Counted from the first letter of the stretch, positions 1-12,166 are shown. The stretch: DNA of 64,000 nt from Utricularia gibba (GCA_002189035.1 CM007989.1:7440001-7504000), one strand, 5' to 3'. Numbers and translations are program-made. Notes: generated from the sequence alone by a model not told the origin.

Positions 1-67
1 AAGAGAACAATGGAGTTAGTTCCATGGATGATTCGTTCAAGAAAATGAAGCTCAGGGGAAGACTAAC

Positions 68-1347
68 CAGTGCGAAATAGAGGAACATGGCGATGAAGTA
101 AGGGATCTGGGAAGCATAGCCGAAGGATCGAGTGATCTCAGCCCAGGCCATGGACGCCACGCTCGGCGCCGCGACGAAGAGGAAGAAGACGGGGTGAAGC
201 TCCCTGGGCAGAGTCTGGGTTGTGGGAAGCCGTTGATACAGAGTGACAAACAGGACGGTGTAGTGAGCTAACCCGACGGCGAAAAAGAAGATGGGTCCTT
301 CCCGGAGTTGCATTGATGCTCCAAGCAACGCTCCGACGAAGTTCCCGACAATGGCAAGATGGTTGGAGGGGTTGGCGATCTTGGAAAGCCGGCGATCCCC
401 ACCGGACATCCAGTCTCCATAGATCTTAAGCTCGAGGCATAGGAAGGGGGCCATGAGCAGGTACCAGATGAAGGGAGGCAGAGCTTTGGAGATCAATGGT
501 GGATGTCCAAGGCATAGGAAGAGAAGGGCGATCCATGGGGCGAAGAAGAAATTGACTCGAACTGGGTGGTGATATTCACGGCGGACGGCTTCGAAATAGA
601 AGACCATCTTGAGAATGTATGTGGAGGACACAATCAAGACCAGAACAACGGCGGCGAGCCAGATTATGAGGTTGATCAGAGGACTGACATGGAGGTATTG
701 TGTGGAGGGCGAGGATGCGAGGCTTTTCCACATGATGGCTTGGCTTCCAACTCCGAGACAAATACCAAAGGATGAGATGGGGAAACGCAGAAGAAACGGC
801 CATTTCTTGTCCTTTGGGAGGACTGTTTCCTCTGCAGGCTGCAGTGGAAAAAAAAAACCAATGGTTATTATCAAATTCTAGTGCACCCCACTGAAATCGC
901 AGGGTATATGATTATACCTTGAGGGTTTCAAGCTCAGGTCCTTCCAAGGCATCCAAATATCGTTTTACGGGTAAAGTTTCAGGGGCCGGAAACTGAACTT
1001 GGTGCTCGATCTCCGATGGGTTGCCACGGAAATTGGATAACTGTCTATGAAACGTTCCGGGGTGGGTTCTGAAAGGTTCATAACTCTTCATCTCATCAAG
1101 CGTTGACTGAGGATCAGCTTCGGGTGGAGGTGGTGGCATGCTGATGGAAACAAATGGTTCTCCCTGTGCCGCGGATGCATTCTTCTCCTTTTCCACCTGA
1201 GATCAATCAAACTGTAAGGAAACTACTATGTTCAGTTGTTCAACTACAAAAATGGTAACTTCTTACAATTGGGATTCTTGCAGCCTCATCAGTGACAACG
1301 CTCACCGAAACCAGCTCCCCAAGAACGGAATCCTGGATGTTCTCCAT
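68..1347 (-). CDS. SLAH3: S-type anion channel SLAH2/SLAH3-like, 3' part runs off the left edge. Exons 1347-1267, 1196-918, 838-68
   Basis: Spliced translation gives RYLDALEGPELETL, KWPFLLRFPISSFGICLG, EYHHPVRVNFFFAPW, ANPSNHLAIVGNFVGALLGA and RELHPVFFLFVAAPSVAS, the hallmark motifs of SLAC1/SLAH channels. GT-AG boundaries keep the frame. SLAH2 versus SLAH3 is not resolved. Confidence 0.93.
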
Positions 1348-2381
1348 GGGAAATCGGCTGGTCAAATCCAGTAACTGCAAATGGAAATCACTTAGAGGGC
1401 AGAATCTTCAAGCTCCTGAAAGATTCCGTTGTTGTGCTGGGAATGGGACATAAGCCAATATTTATAGCAAGCAGATAGCGTGCATTAGCTACATTCAACA
1501 GAAAGTTAAAGCATATTAGAATAAAACGGATGCAGGGAGGGGCCACTTTTGTTTACGTGACGCTTGCACAGAGCTATCATTACTAGTCTCAAAGCAGTCA
1601 TCCACTGAGAAACATTTGGTCTCTCTAGTATCGCCTTCCACATATATTTCTAGCTATCCTTCGTACGGCTTTCCTTTAGGTGAAAAAGAAAACCGCACAC
1701 AAAGTTGCTCGTCACTCCACTTCCAGAAAAATACACGTAACTAACTGATGACCAAAGTTGAATCGACTGTTCCCTTGAGGGGTGGTCTAAAGAGGAGGCT
1801 AATATCATGTACTTGCCCTTGACGAGAATATGAATTGCAAAAAGCTTACGGAAAATTCATGGCAATTTTGGAAAGCATCCACTAAGTTGTGCAATAGAAA
1901 AGGGAAGGTTCAAGAATCCGTAGTTGCGAGGAACGATCTGGCAAGCATAAGCTATTCCTCCCTGAGAGAATGCAGGCGAAAGGCTCAAGAAATGAACTTA
2001 CAACTTTGGGGAATATCCACTGAGTTGCAATGTTTGAGAAAGTGGGAAAGCTGGGGAAAGGAGAAAGAAGGTTCGTGAATTCAAAGAGCAATTCAATTCA
2101 ACTTCAATACAAGCATCACTTATAGAAAGAAATCAATGGACTCCACATTGTTACATAGATCTTATGGATTTTGGTGCATGAGTCCTGTAAACTAGTAAGC
2201 AAAGACCAAGCTGAAACTATCAAACCGTCACTGACACTCATTAGAAAGTCAAATTGCTGAAAAAAATAACAAAGAACAGGGTTTCCTCAAGGGGGAAACT
2301 ATGAAAAAGCAGTCATAATCAGAGAAGCAGTCACTGATGATGGATGCAGAAACTTTGCAAGACCGCCACCTCTCGTAACGT

Positions 2382-3975
2382 TTAAGCAAATTTCTTATCT
2401 TTCAGTGGTCCTTTTGGGATTTTACTCAGGACCTTGGCGTCGAACACAGCATACTGTTTCTTGAGTTCTGCCTCGGCCTTCTCAGCGAAGGCATCAACCT
2501 GGTCCTCATACTTCTCGTACAACACGGGAACGGAGTGCAGCAGTACAAAACCTGAAGAGAATCCAGGCGAAGCCAGTCACTAATTTCTTCTTCTTGAAGA
2601 ATTAAAGTGATGTGTGCGATACTGATAACTGTCAGGAGCTATTACTTACAGATGTAAAACAGGGTGAGGAAGTTGAAGTGGCCACCTAGAATTGAAAGGA
2701 GCCAAAGGCCAGCTACCACCTGAAATTCCACAACAAAATTAACAAAGAAGTGAATTCTTTGTGCCAATACTCGATAATGCTATATGAACAACTCAAAGAA
2801 TTAGACACGAAAAGGAAAATGGACATACAGCCAGGAACTTCTTAGGATCCTTTCCAGATGCTATAGCTCGAAGCTCAGCAGAAACAGCGTTCACTTCAGT
2901 TCTAATGGCTGAAGCAACAGCAAGGACAGTATCCTCTGGAATAACTATTTCAGGGATCCGTGGTGGGGCTCTGTGAAACATAAGCATAAAATAAGAATCT
3001 TGGAGAAAGCAAAGATTTGAAGGTCTTGAGTCAAGAAGAGTACTTGTTGATAAATTTTGATGCGTTAGACCACAAGAAAAGAAGCGCCAAAGCAACAATT
3101 AGAATGTGACAAACTAATGTCAGCAGGTGATACTCAATCAGTTCAAAAAGCACCCAGAGTACGCTGACCGATCCCAACACACTTGCAGTAACTTTCTTGT
3201 CTCTCCACAAGAAAATATCAGCCGCTGCAAAAAGAGACCGTCTTTGTCAAAAAAAAAAAAAAAAGCAAGCCTTTTCATCAAGAAATGTACACCATTTTGA
3301 ACAAGGACCACACTGATTCAAAAATTCAGCCTAAAATTTAGTTTGATACACGCGCACAAAGTGATATAGCGCCTTAGAAACCCTATCCCTTGAAAAAATC
3401 TAAAAGCAACGACAAATGGTGGTCCTGAAACAAAATTATAAGTTTTTCATCAGGCACTGCAATTGCAACTGAGGTCGTACATAGAGACAAGCAGCAAAAA
3501 GAAGGATGATAGCTAAGTAAGACAGCTGTAAACTCTACTTGCAGCGATGAAGAAACCTGGCGCTTCACATCACTCAAATAAATTGCCTAAGAACGAAACT
3601 AGAAAGCACGTACATTTTATTTTCCCGAGAATGACAACAACAAGGCGCTCCAAAAAAGAAGGAAAAAAAGTAAAGAACTTGCAAGAGAATAGAAAAGCGT
3701 AAACAAAGAAAAAAAAAGTCTGAAAAGCATAAAAAAGAATCGAAAACCCTCAACAAACACCGCGCCATACGTTTTCCGCCGCCTAAAACCTTGTGAACCG
3801 GTTTCTCCCGACCAAAGAGGCGGTAGATCTTGGCCTTGGAGGCGGATGCCGCCGCCTTGATACCGTGTTCGTCGTCAGAAGAGTCTGAAGACGAGGAATC
3901 GCCACCGCCTAATTTTTCAGTGATCTTATCAAGCACGGATTCGTGCGTCTCCTTCTCGGCTTCTTTATCGGCCAT
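2382..3975 (-). CDS. RTNLB: Reticulon-like protein (RTNLB1-B5 clade), 5 exons
   Basis: [22 protein letters not shown]...[55 protein letters not shown] and the C-terminal KDKKFA* (di-lysine ER-retrieval-like motif). Confidence 0.95.
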
Positions 3976-4358
3976 CACTCTAAGAATTTTTCCGAGCACA
4001 ATCGGAGCCGGCGACGGAATCTAAGAATTAGAATCTTTCCTCCGGAGTGAAATTGAATGCGATAGAGAGAAACGGAAATGCGACTGTTTAAAAAAAAAAA
4101 AAGCAGGCTAGGTTCGGGTTCGAAGCCTCCGGTTCGGACCAACCCGAACCTGATCTTTTTCTTCGTAACGTGAATAAATCCAGAGAAGAGATTCCAAATC
4201 CCCTTGATTCGTTCGAGCCCGCCGTTAAATCTAACGGAAAATTCTAACTTTTTAGCAACGTCACATAAGAGAAAAAGAAATATAACGATGGGTTTTAACG
4301 GCGTTATCGCAAAAGGTAGCAAGAAGCGGACATGTGTGCCCTCATGGAATGTTCGGAG

Positions 4359-4486
4359 TGGGCCATATGTTTTTATTTATTGGGCCCTGCCTTTTGAGCC
4401 CAAATTGTATGGACTATTAGGGAACTCAATGGGCTGGATGAAGTTGGGCCTGGACCGTCAGCTCAAATTGGTACAAGGATTGGGCT
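4359..4486. promoter_or_regulatory. Cluster of six site II elements (TGGGCY) in the divergent reticulon / GeBP promoter
   Basis: TGGGCC at 4359, 4381 and 4445; TGGGCT at 4430 and 4481; AGCCCA near 4397. The two start codons (3975 minus, 4600 plus) are about 625 bp apart. Confidence 0.6.
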
Positions 4487-4599
4487 GACTGGGTTTCAAG
4501 ACGCCCTAATTCTTTCGTTTTGGTGTACTGTATATAATAAGCTCCTGCTTTGATTTTCTGAGAAGGATTTACCGCCGTCCCGAACCGAGATCGGAGCCC

Positions 4600-5733
4600 A
4601 TGGCGAAAAATCGCGCTCGAGAACCGGATCTTGAACCTACTTCCGATGAAGAGGAATCTGGATCTGAGTCCGAGTCCGAGTCCGAGTCCGAGGTGGAGTC
4701 GGAGAGAACTCCAGAAGCGGCGCCTGCGCCCAGCGTGCAGCAGTCGCTGCCGCGGGATCACGTACAGTCGGAGGGCAGCGACGCGGGACCTGAATCCGAA
4801 GAATCTAGTGACGAGGAGGCGCCATCGCCACCTGAGCCCGCTGCCATTGTGGAGAACGCTACTTCGAAGAAGAAGGGTAATGCTATCGTTCCCTCTCAGT
4901 CAAGTATATCATCCGAGCCTTCAACTCCGTCCTCAAAACTGATTGGAAGCAAACGTGCGGCTGACTCGAAGGACGTGAGTCATAAGGATTCTAAGAAGGT
5001 AAGGAGGAAACTCGACACAGCACCCGAGTCTGAAAAGAGAAACGGATCCAAAAAGCCATCTTTTCAGAGGGTTTGGAACGGTGATGATGAGGAGGTGGTT
5101 TTGAGAGGGATTCTAGAGTACAGTGATACAAAGAAGTTAGACCCTTATACAGATATTGCGTCTTTCCATGAGTTTATCAAGGAAAAATTGCAAGCAAATG
5201 TGAACAAGGATCAGCTGAGGACCAAGATCAGAAGATTGAAGGACAAGTTTACGTTGAACAAGAACAAAGAAGTAGATGGTGAAGATCGCGTCTTTTCCAA
5301 GCCACATGAACAAACGGCGTATGAGTTATCCAAACAGATATGGGGAAAAACGAACATGGAAACTGCAGTGCGCAGTTCTATTTCCAAATTGCCAAAGCAG
5401 ACGAAACCAATCAAGGAAAATGGCTTCCTTGAGCACAGCAATGGTGTGATACCAGAAAATGGGAATGTTGCTGTTAAGACTGGTGCAGATGATGGCCCAG
5501 TGCGGAAGAATATTCCGAATTTGAGCAACGATTCTGGAAGATCAGCTGCAGACATGGAAGGTATGGTTCAGAGGATTGGAGAGTGGATTTTCGAGGGAGA
5601 GAAGGTGGTGGAGGGTAGTAAACAGTGGAAGAATCTCAAGCTACGGGAGATGGAGGCTTACTATCAGACTCTGCAGGTAAAGTTTGCGAGGACTAAGCTG
5701 GTAATTGATACCTTGAAGTCTTCGAATGCTTGA
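4600..5733 (+). CDS. GeBP/Storekeeper-like (DUF573) transcription factor, intronless, 377 aa
   Basis: An acidic SE-repeat N-terminus is followed by FQRVWNGDDEEVVLRGILEY...QLRTKIRRLKDKF...FSKPHEQTAYELSKQIWG (the DUF573 core) and a C-terminal WKNLKLREMEAY helix. Confidence 0.88.
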   Translation: MAKNRAREPDLEPTSDEEESGSESESESESEVESERTPEAAPAPSVQQSLPRDHVQSEGSDAGPESEESSDEEAPSPPEPAAIVENATSKKKGNAIVPSQSSISSEPSTPSSKLIGSKRAADSKDVSHKDSKKVRRKLDTAPESEKRNGSKKPSFQRVWNGDDEEVVLRGILEYSDTKKLDPYTDIASFHEFIKEKLQANVNKDQLRTKIRRLKDKFTLNKNKEVDGEDRVFSKPHEQTAYELSKQIWGKTNMETAVRSSISKLPKQTKPIKENGFLEHSNGVIPENGNVAVKTGADDGPVRKNIPNLSNDSGRSAADMEGMVQRIGEWIFEGEKVVEGSKQWKNLKLREMEAYYQTLQVKFARTKLVIDTLKSSNA

Positions 5734-6213
5734 GTTAGCAGCTGGGTGCGGTTCGTACTTTCCCCAAGTTTCCTTCATGGTTTTGCTCGCTGATTTTGAC
5801 AACAGCACGTTCACGTTTGCCCTTTAAATTTCAACTATTGTTCAGCGAAGGAGACGGGCTCCATTGTAGGATGGATGGAGTCAATTTTTGTGCCTTTTTG
5901 TCTCATCCAATTATAAGTACGCATCTTTTGATCATGCAAATTTCATCCGCATGCGGACCTGTAAAATGCCCTCCAAAAGCAAAAAAGAATCTTTGATTGT
6001 GGATCTGTAACATCATTGATTGGAAAACCAGAATCAGCATCTAAACAGAAGGATGAGTTGAATAGACGCACCACAGACACTCACATTGAGAAGAGAAGAT
6101 TTCTTTTTCAATGGCGAAGTGGAGAAGAGAAGATACGAACAGGTTCACCAAACAATGCCGCTTGCAAGGAGGGACATGGATTTCAGCTTGTCACACATTC
6201 GTTTGCCCATCTT

Positions 6214-8718
6214 TCAGATCTCCCACTTCCTCAGCTCCATGCCATCAGGGGGGCTCCCTTCCACTTTCTTGGCACCGACCTCTTTCCAGTTTGTGGATAG
6301 CACAGTTCCATTGGACTCGTACTTTCCAGGTTACGGACAGGACATGAATGCTATGAGAAAAACACAAATCCAGAAAGTATAGGTGCATGCTCAAGGACGG
6401 CGGGTCTTACAAGAGATTTCTTCATGGCCCTCCTTGCGTCTTCATCAGCATCGGCGTAGAGTTCTCGGAAAAATTTGTTCACACCTGCATCACCGTCCAG
6501 TTTCTCTTCTTTTTCCTGAAATAAGAGTTTATATCATGTTTAAAGCGCGTTAAGAAAGAAGGCCAATAACAACATGCCTCTTTTTTCACTTGGGCTTCCA
6601 ATTTATCCCAATCTGCCGTTTTTGATTTAGAGGACGGATATGGCAGCCTTTGAGTTGCTGAACAACGGAAGTACAGACAGCATCAGTGTGAATGTCGACA
6701 GGTAAGGATGACAAGTGCATTGCATGCTAAGTTCCAGAAAAAGTTAACCTGCTGGTGCATTGGTTGTTCGAAACACAACGTCCTTCCTATATTCAAGGGA
6801 TGCCCAGTTCAAATTGTCCGCTTTATGAAGCCTAATCTCCACTTTTGTAGACATAACATCATATCTGCATTTCTCAGGGACTATCTGTAGGTAAAAGAAT
6901 TCATATTAGCACGTGAGGAAACAGCAGGATATGCAATCCTATGTAACATCATACGTCTGTACGAAGAACACACAAAAAAAAAAGGAAAAGCAGCATGCCA
7001 TTCATAAAGAATTGGGAAGGCTATTTATCCTCTTCCATCCATGGAAAACACAAGAACGGAATAAAAGTGCAAAGTCAGACAACTTGGATCACCTTTCCAA
7101 ATAATCGAGGCTGGAAATGATATGCATCTTCCCCAGGCACATCTATTTTCACGGAGAGCTAGAGACAAAAAAAGGGACGGGTGAATGCTAGCTTGGAATT
7201 CTCAAGGGATAGGTGACGAAAAACTGGAGCAGTGACTTACAATCTGTTCACCAAAGTCAATGTGCACATTACTGGCTGGTATTCCTTTTGCAAATACCGT
7301 AACCACAACGTCTTCCAATTTTTGGTAAAATTCATGTCTGTTATTTTACAAAAGGGGCATGGCATAAATCGAGTGAGGAAGCAAAGAGAAACCACCAATC
7401 CATACACTTTAGCTGTTTTTCTGTATGCAGATTAATCAGGATTGTTCAATGAAGATAACATCAACAGCCAATAAGAAATTAGATATTAACCTGTATTTGG
7501 GTTTGGGTGCCACTGCTGAGGTTTCTGGAATGGTTAAACTAACATTCGGATGCAAATTATTGGCGGTCGCGACCTGGGGAGGACCCAATTCTACAGCATG
7601 TTTGGGAAGTTCCAAATTTTCCGCTAAAGAAAAAAGCAAAATAACATGAGAAGATATGGAAAAAAGCAACAACGTTTCAACTAAGATTTTACTATGATTG
7701 AACTGAGCAAATAGCATGCTTGCATACACCAACAAAATTACACTGTTCTTAGAGGTTAGACGGGTGATAGCCACATTACCAGCTATCAGCTCATTGCATT
7801 CTTCAATCCGCTTTTTGAATCTGGAATCACTTGGCGCCAAAGAAGCCCCGTTCTCTAGTGCTGTTTTCGCAGTTGGGTACTCTTCAAGCTTCATGCATGC
7901 CACACTGAACAGGGGAAAATCACAATGTAAGAAAATTATCACCCAAAGTGCCAAAGAGAACCCCCCATTACAAACAAGCACATGGAAAACCACACAAAAT
8001 CTTTTCGTATCCATCTCACTAAAATCTACAGAAAAATTCACCCTTTACGAAAATAGGCCTTAGCATTGACCGGATCCAACTCGATTGCTTTATTTGCATC
8101 AGCCACCGCCTCTGCGCGTCAAAACAACCATCGTAATGCGGCAGAATCACAAGCCTCGTGATAATCAAATAACAAAAATCTAGAAACCCGGACAAATTGA
8201 TCTCCTGAAACCATGATCGTGAGCAAAGGCAAAAATAAACTCCTGAAAGATAAGTGGATATAGGAAGTCAACTACAGGAAATCTATACAGAATCCGCAAA
8301 TCCTAGACTGGAAAGATACTCACTCTTTACAAACATACAAGACAAAGATAAGACTCTTCCTTCATCAACGAGAAACACTTAACAATAGCGGAAATCTATA
8401 CAGAATCCAGACCGTTTCCGCACAACTAACACTGGCAACCGACAAAATAGATGGCAATGCACCTCGGAGGGGCATAAGGAATCCACGCACAACGCACACT
8501 GATCCCGCTACTGCAAGAAATCACTAAAGAAGCAATACCGAGGTGTTCTCCCTACCCGTGAAGTTTTTTAGCTTGATATTGGCTTGGGCACGATCCGCGA
8601 AGAGCCCGGAATCGTCAGGCACCAGAGAAATCGCCTGCGTGAAGAGGTCAACTGCAAGTTCAAAGTTGTCGTCAAAGAAAGCTTCCTTCGCCTTCCGCTC
8701 GAGCTCCGCGGACGCCAT
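6214..8718 (-). CDS. SGT1: SGT1 co-chaperone (TPR-CS-SGS), 10 exons
   Basis: [84 protein letters not shown] and [34 protein letters not shown]. Confidence 0.96.
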
Positions 8719-8998
8719 GGATAGATTGCGTGATTGGATCCGAATTCGACTTGATCTTCTTGAATGCAAGTGATGGAACACTCTAGAATCAAATTGTCTT
8801 TCAACGTTAGAAAAATCAAAATCCTAAATTATTAAAATTCATAAACAACAAATGGGGCTGGATTTAATGTGTGCGTCTTGTCACAGCTCCACCACAGTTC
8901 TGTGGATAAGAAGATACTTGGGGAATACAGCAGCAGCAAGAAGCATCCCTCCAGGCTCCATAGCCACTTTCTTCTTCGTGAGCTCGGCACAAGATCCA

Positions 8999-9526
8999 AT
9001 GAGAACTCTCACCATCCTACAGCCACTCACACCTGTGAATCGACATCCATGGCCGGGGAAACCCCGATTCCTGAACACGCGACCCCAATTGGTCGCCCGA
9101 GCACCACGGCAGTTCCGCGGCGGGGCGAAGGGGTTCGGCGGATCAAGAGACGCCGGAGCCAATGAGGCTGAAGAAGCCAAGTCAACAAGAAAGGAGGCGA
9201 AATACGGGAACGATGCGGATGATGAGATATCCGAAGAGGTGCGCAACAAGATCATCTCGAGGATCTTGATCTTCGTCGGGGTTCCATTGGGAATTGGGTT
9301 GGCGATTCTTCAGGTTTTGAGCGTGTTGAGTGACCAGGGATTGTGGGTGGTGCCCAAATGGGTGCCATTTTTGACAACTTTCTTCACCTTCGGAGCTTCT
9401 GTGCTTGGCATTGCTTACGGCACACTCTCTACCAGCCTCAACCCTGAGGAAGAAGGTACGTTTCTTGGGCTTGAGCAGCTAGAGAGAAATTGGAACGAGA
9501 TGTGGAAAGAAGACAACGAGGGGTAG
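8999..9526 (+). CDS. PAM68L: PAM68-like (DUF3464) thylakoid protein, intronless, with a transit-peptide-like N-terminus
   Basis: GGAKGFGG, DDEISEEVRNKIISRIL..VGVPLGIG, two hydrophobic helices and YGTLSTSLNPEEEGTFLGLEQLERNWNEMW match DUF3464 and best resemble the PAM68-like clade. ATG 8999 is preferred over the ORF-track start. Confidence 0.85.
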   Translation: MRTLTILQPLTPVNRHPWPGKPRFLNTRPQLVARAPRQFRGGAKGFGGSRDAGANEAEEAKSTRKEAKYGNDADDEISEEVRNKIISRILIFVGVPLGIGLAILQVLSVLSDQGLWVVPKWVPFLTTFFTFGASVLGIAYGTLSTSLNPEEEGTFLGLEQLERNWNEMWKEDNEG

Positions 9527-9696
9527 ATTAGCCACCCAATTTTACTCTCGGGGTTGTTTCGTGATAACTGGAGAGATTGTATACATTCGAAAACGCCATA
9601 GAAGTGATGTTCATTCAGTTCACACAGAGACATAGCAGCGAACAAACAGACGGTGAGACTTCACAGTTAGCAGAGAAGAGTAAAAGTTTCGTTCCC

Positions 9697-11973
9697 TCAA
9701 TCAACTTCCTCCATTTTGCTTTCTTCATTGTTTGCATCCTCCAAAGCAGGTATTTCCTCGTCCTCGGGAGTTTCTTCCTCATCGATGCTCAATCCCAGCT
9801 TCAGCATTCTGTGGATTCTGGATGCAAACGTGTTGGGATCATCCAAGCTGAACCCAGAAGTAAGCAGGGCGGTTTCGAAGAGAAGCAGGACCAGATCTTT
9901 CACGGATTTATCGTTCTTATCAGCCTCAGCTCTCTTCCTCAGCTCCTCCATGATTCCGTTGTCTGGGTTGATTTCCATTGTCTTCTTGCTCGACATGTAC
10001 GAGCTCATGCTAGAATCTCTGAGAGCTTGAGCTTTCATGATCCGTTCCATGTTCGCAGTCCAACCATACTCCCCAGTCACCAAGCAGCAGGGAGAGTCCA
10101 CGATTCTGTCAGAGATCACGACCTTCTCTACTTTCTCGCCAAGGATGTCTTTGATCACCTTGCAGAGACTCTCGAAGGACTTCTTCTTCTCCTCCTTCTT
10201 TTTCTTTTCCTCATCAGTTTCCTCATCCAATTTCAAGCCTTCTTTGGTAGCGGATACAAGCTTCTTTCCATCGTATTCCTTCAGCTGTCCAACGGCATAT
10301 TCATCGATCGCGTCCACCATGAACAGCACCTCGTATCCCTTCTTCTTGAGGCGTTCCAGGAAGGGAGAGTTCTCCACTGCTTTCTTGCTCTCACCAGTTA
10401 TGTAGTAGATATCCTTCTGGCCGTCCTTCATCCTCGTCACGTAGTCTTTCAAACTGGTCAACTCGTCGCCGCTTTTGGTGGAATGGTATCTGAGCAAATC
10501 GGCCAACTTTGATCTGTTCTGGCTGTCTTCGTGGATGCCCAGCTTCAGGTTCTTGGAAAAGGCTTCGTAGAATTTGTTGTAGTCTTCTTTGTTCTCAGCA
10601 ATTTCAGAGAACATTTCGATGCACTTCTTCACGAGATTCTTTCTGATCACCTTGAGAATCTTGTTCTGCTGCAGCATTTCACGGGAAATGTTGAGAGGCA
10701 AATCATCAGAATCCACAACACCTTTGACAAATCCGAGGTACTCGGGGATCAGTTCCTCGCAGTTATCCATAATGAAGACTCTCCTGACGTAGAGCTTGAT
10801 GTTGTTCATCTTCTTTCGAGTGTCGAAAAGATCAAAAGGAGCCCGTTTAGGAACAAAGAGGATCGCTTTGAACTCCAGTTGGCCTTCAACAGAGAAATGC
10901 TTCACAGCAAGATGATCCTCCCAATCATTGGTCAAGCTTTTGTAGAACGAGGCATACTCGTCCTTGGTGATCTCTTCTGGCTTCCTCAACCAAATCGGCT
11001 TCTGCTTGTTGATGAGTGACCATTCGTGAGAAACTTCCTTGATCTTCTTTTTCTTTCCCTTCTCCTTTTCCTTGTCCTCATCAATCTCCTCAATTTCACC
11101 TTCCTTGTCCTTAGTAGGCTCATCGTCCTCATCATCGCTGATCTCTTTCTCAGTCGTCTTCTCCGTCCATAAATTGACAGGGTAGCTTATGAATTCAGAG
11201 TGTTTCTTCACCAGATCCTTAATTTTCCTCTCCTCGAGGTATTCCAACTGCAAATGCAGCAACATTTAGCAACGAAGATTTCATAGCACAAGAGCACACA
11301 GTGCAGATACTGTGGATTACCTGATCTTCCTTCAAGTATAGAGTGATCTTTGTACCCCTACCAAGCTGCTCTCCATCGACATCCCTTGTGACCGTGAATG
11401 AACCTCCGGCTTGAGATTCCCAAATGTACTGCTCATCGTCGTTGTGCTTGGTGGTAACAATCACCTTCTCAGCCACCAAATAGGCGGAATAGAAGCCAAC
11501 CCCAAACTGGCCAATCATACTCACATCCGCACCAGCTTGCAAGGCCTCCGTAAATTCCTTCGTTCCAGACCTCGCAATAGTCCCCAAATTGTTCACCAAA
11601 TCTGCCAATCCCTCAAAACGAACCACAAAATCAACATACCATTCAAAACATAATGAAAGAAACAGGCATACACAACAAAACCACTTTCTCGCGTTTCGAC
11701 ATAGTTACCTGCTTTGGTCATTCCAATTCCACTATCGATGATCGAGAGCGTCTTGTTCACCTTATCAGGAACAAGACGAATGAAAAGCTCCGGCTGCGCA
11801 TCGAGCTTGCTCTTATCAGTCAAACTCTCAAACCGAATTTTGTCCAGCGCATCAGACGCGTTGCTGATCAGCTCACGAAGGAAAATCTCCTTGTTGCTGT
11901 AGAATGTGTTGATGATCAGACTCAACAGCTGGTTGATTTCCGCCTGAAAAGCAAACGTTTCCGCCTCCGCCAT
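9697..11973 (-). CDS. HSP90-1: Cytosolic HSP90, heat-inducible HSP90.1 type. Exons 11973-11709, 11601-11321, 11247-9697
   Basis: [72 protein letters not shown] and the terminal MEEVD. Dense HSEs lie upstream. Confidence 0.99.
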
Positions 11974-12057
11974 CACAGTGCAGCACTGAATCGAGGAACG
12001 GCCTGAATGCTATTTTCGAAACTCTCTCTGATTGCCACGATACGAAGCGAGAAGCGC

Positions 12058-12166
12058 TTAATATATCTGCGGGAAGAGTTCTAGGAGGTTCCATCGATAA
12101 TGCTTCGCGGTAGAAGGTTTGAGAAAAGTTCCAGGAGGTTCCAGTTGCTCCGGAACCTTCTAGGAT
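12058..12166 (-). promoter_or_regulatory. HSP90 TATA box plus an array of heat-shock elements
   Basis: TATATTAA on the minus strand (12058-12065). Alternating nGAAn/nTTCn pentamers: gTTCt-aGGAg-gTTCc (12078-12092), aGAAg-gTTTg-aGAAa (12112-12126), gTTCc-aGGAg-gTTCc (12128-12142), gGAAc-cTTCt-aGGAt (12152-12166). Confidence 0.85.

Noticed and set aside
1392-1451. 19-codon ORF (MSHSQHNNGIFQELEDSAL*) upstream of the SLAH start
   Set aside because: It is followed by ttccatttgcAG, so it probably lies in a 5' UTR intron, and it resembles no conserved uORF that I know.
9577-11019. Long plus-strand ORFs (311, 162, 122 aa) opposite HSP90, and similar antisense ORFs opposite tubulin, CBF, DCR and the NT-C2 gene
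   Set aside because: These are antisense shadows of codon-biased conserved genes and carry no independent motifs.
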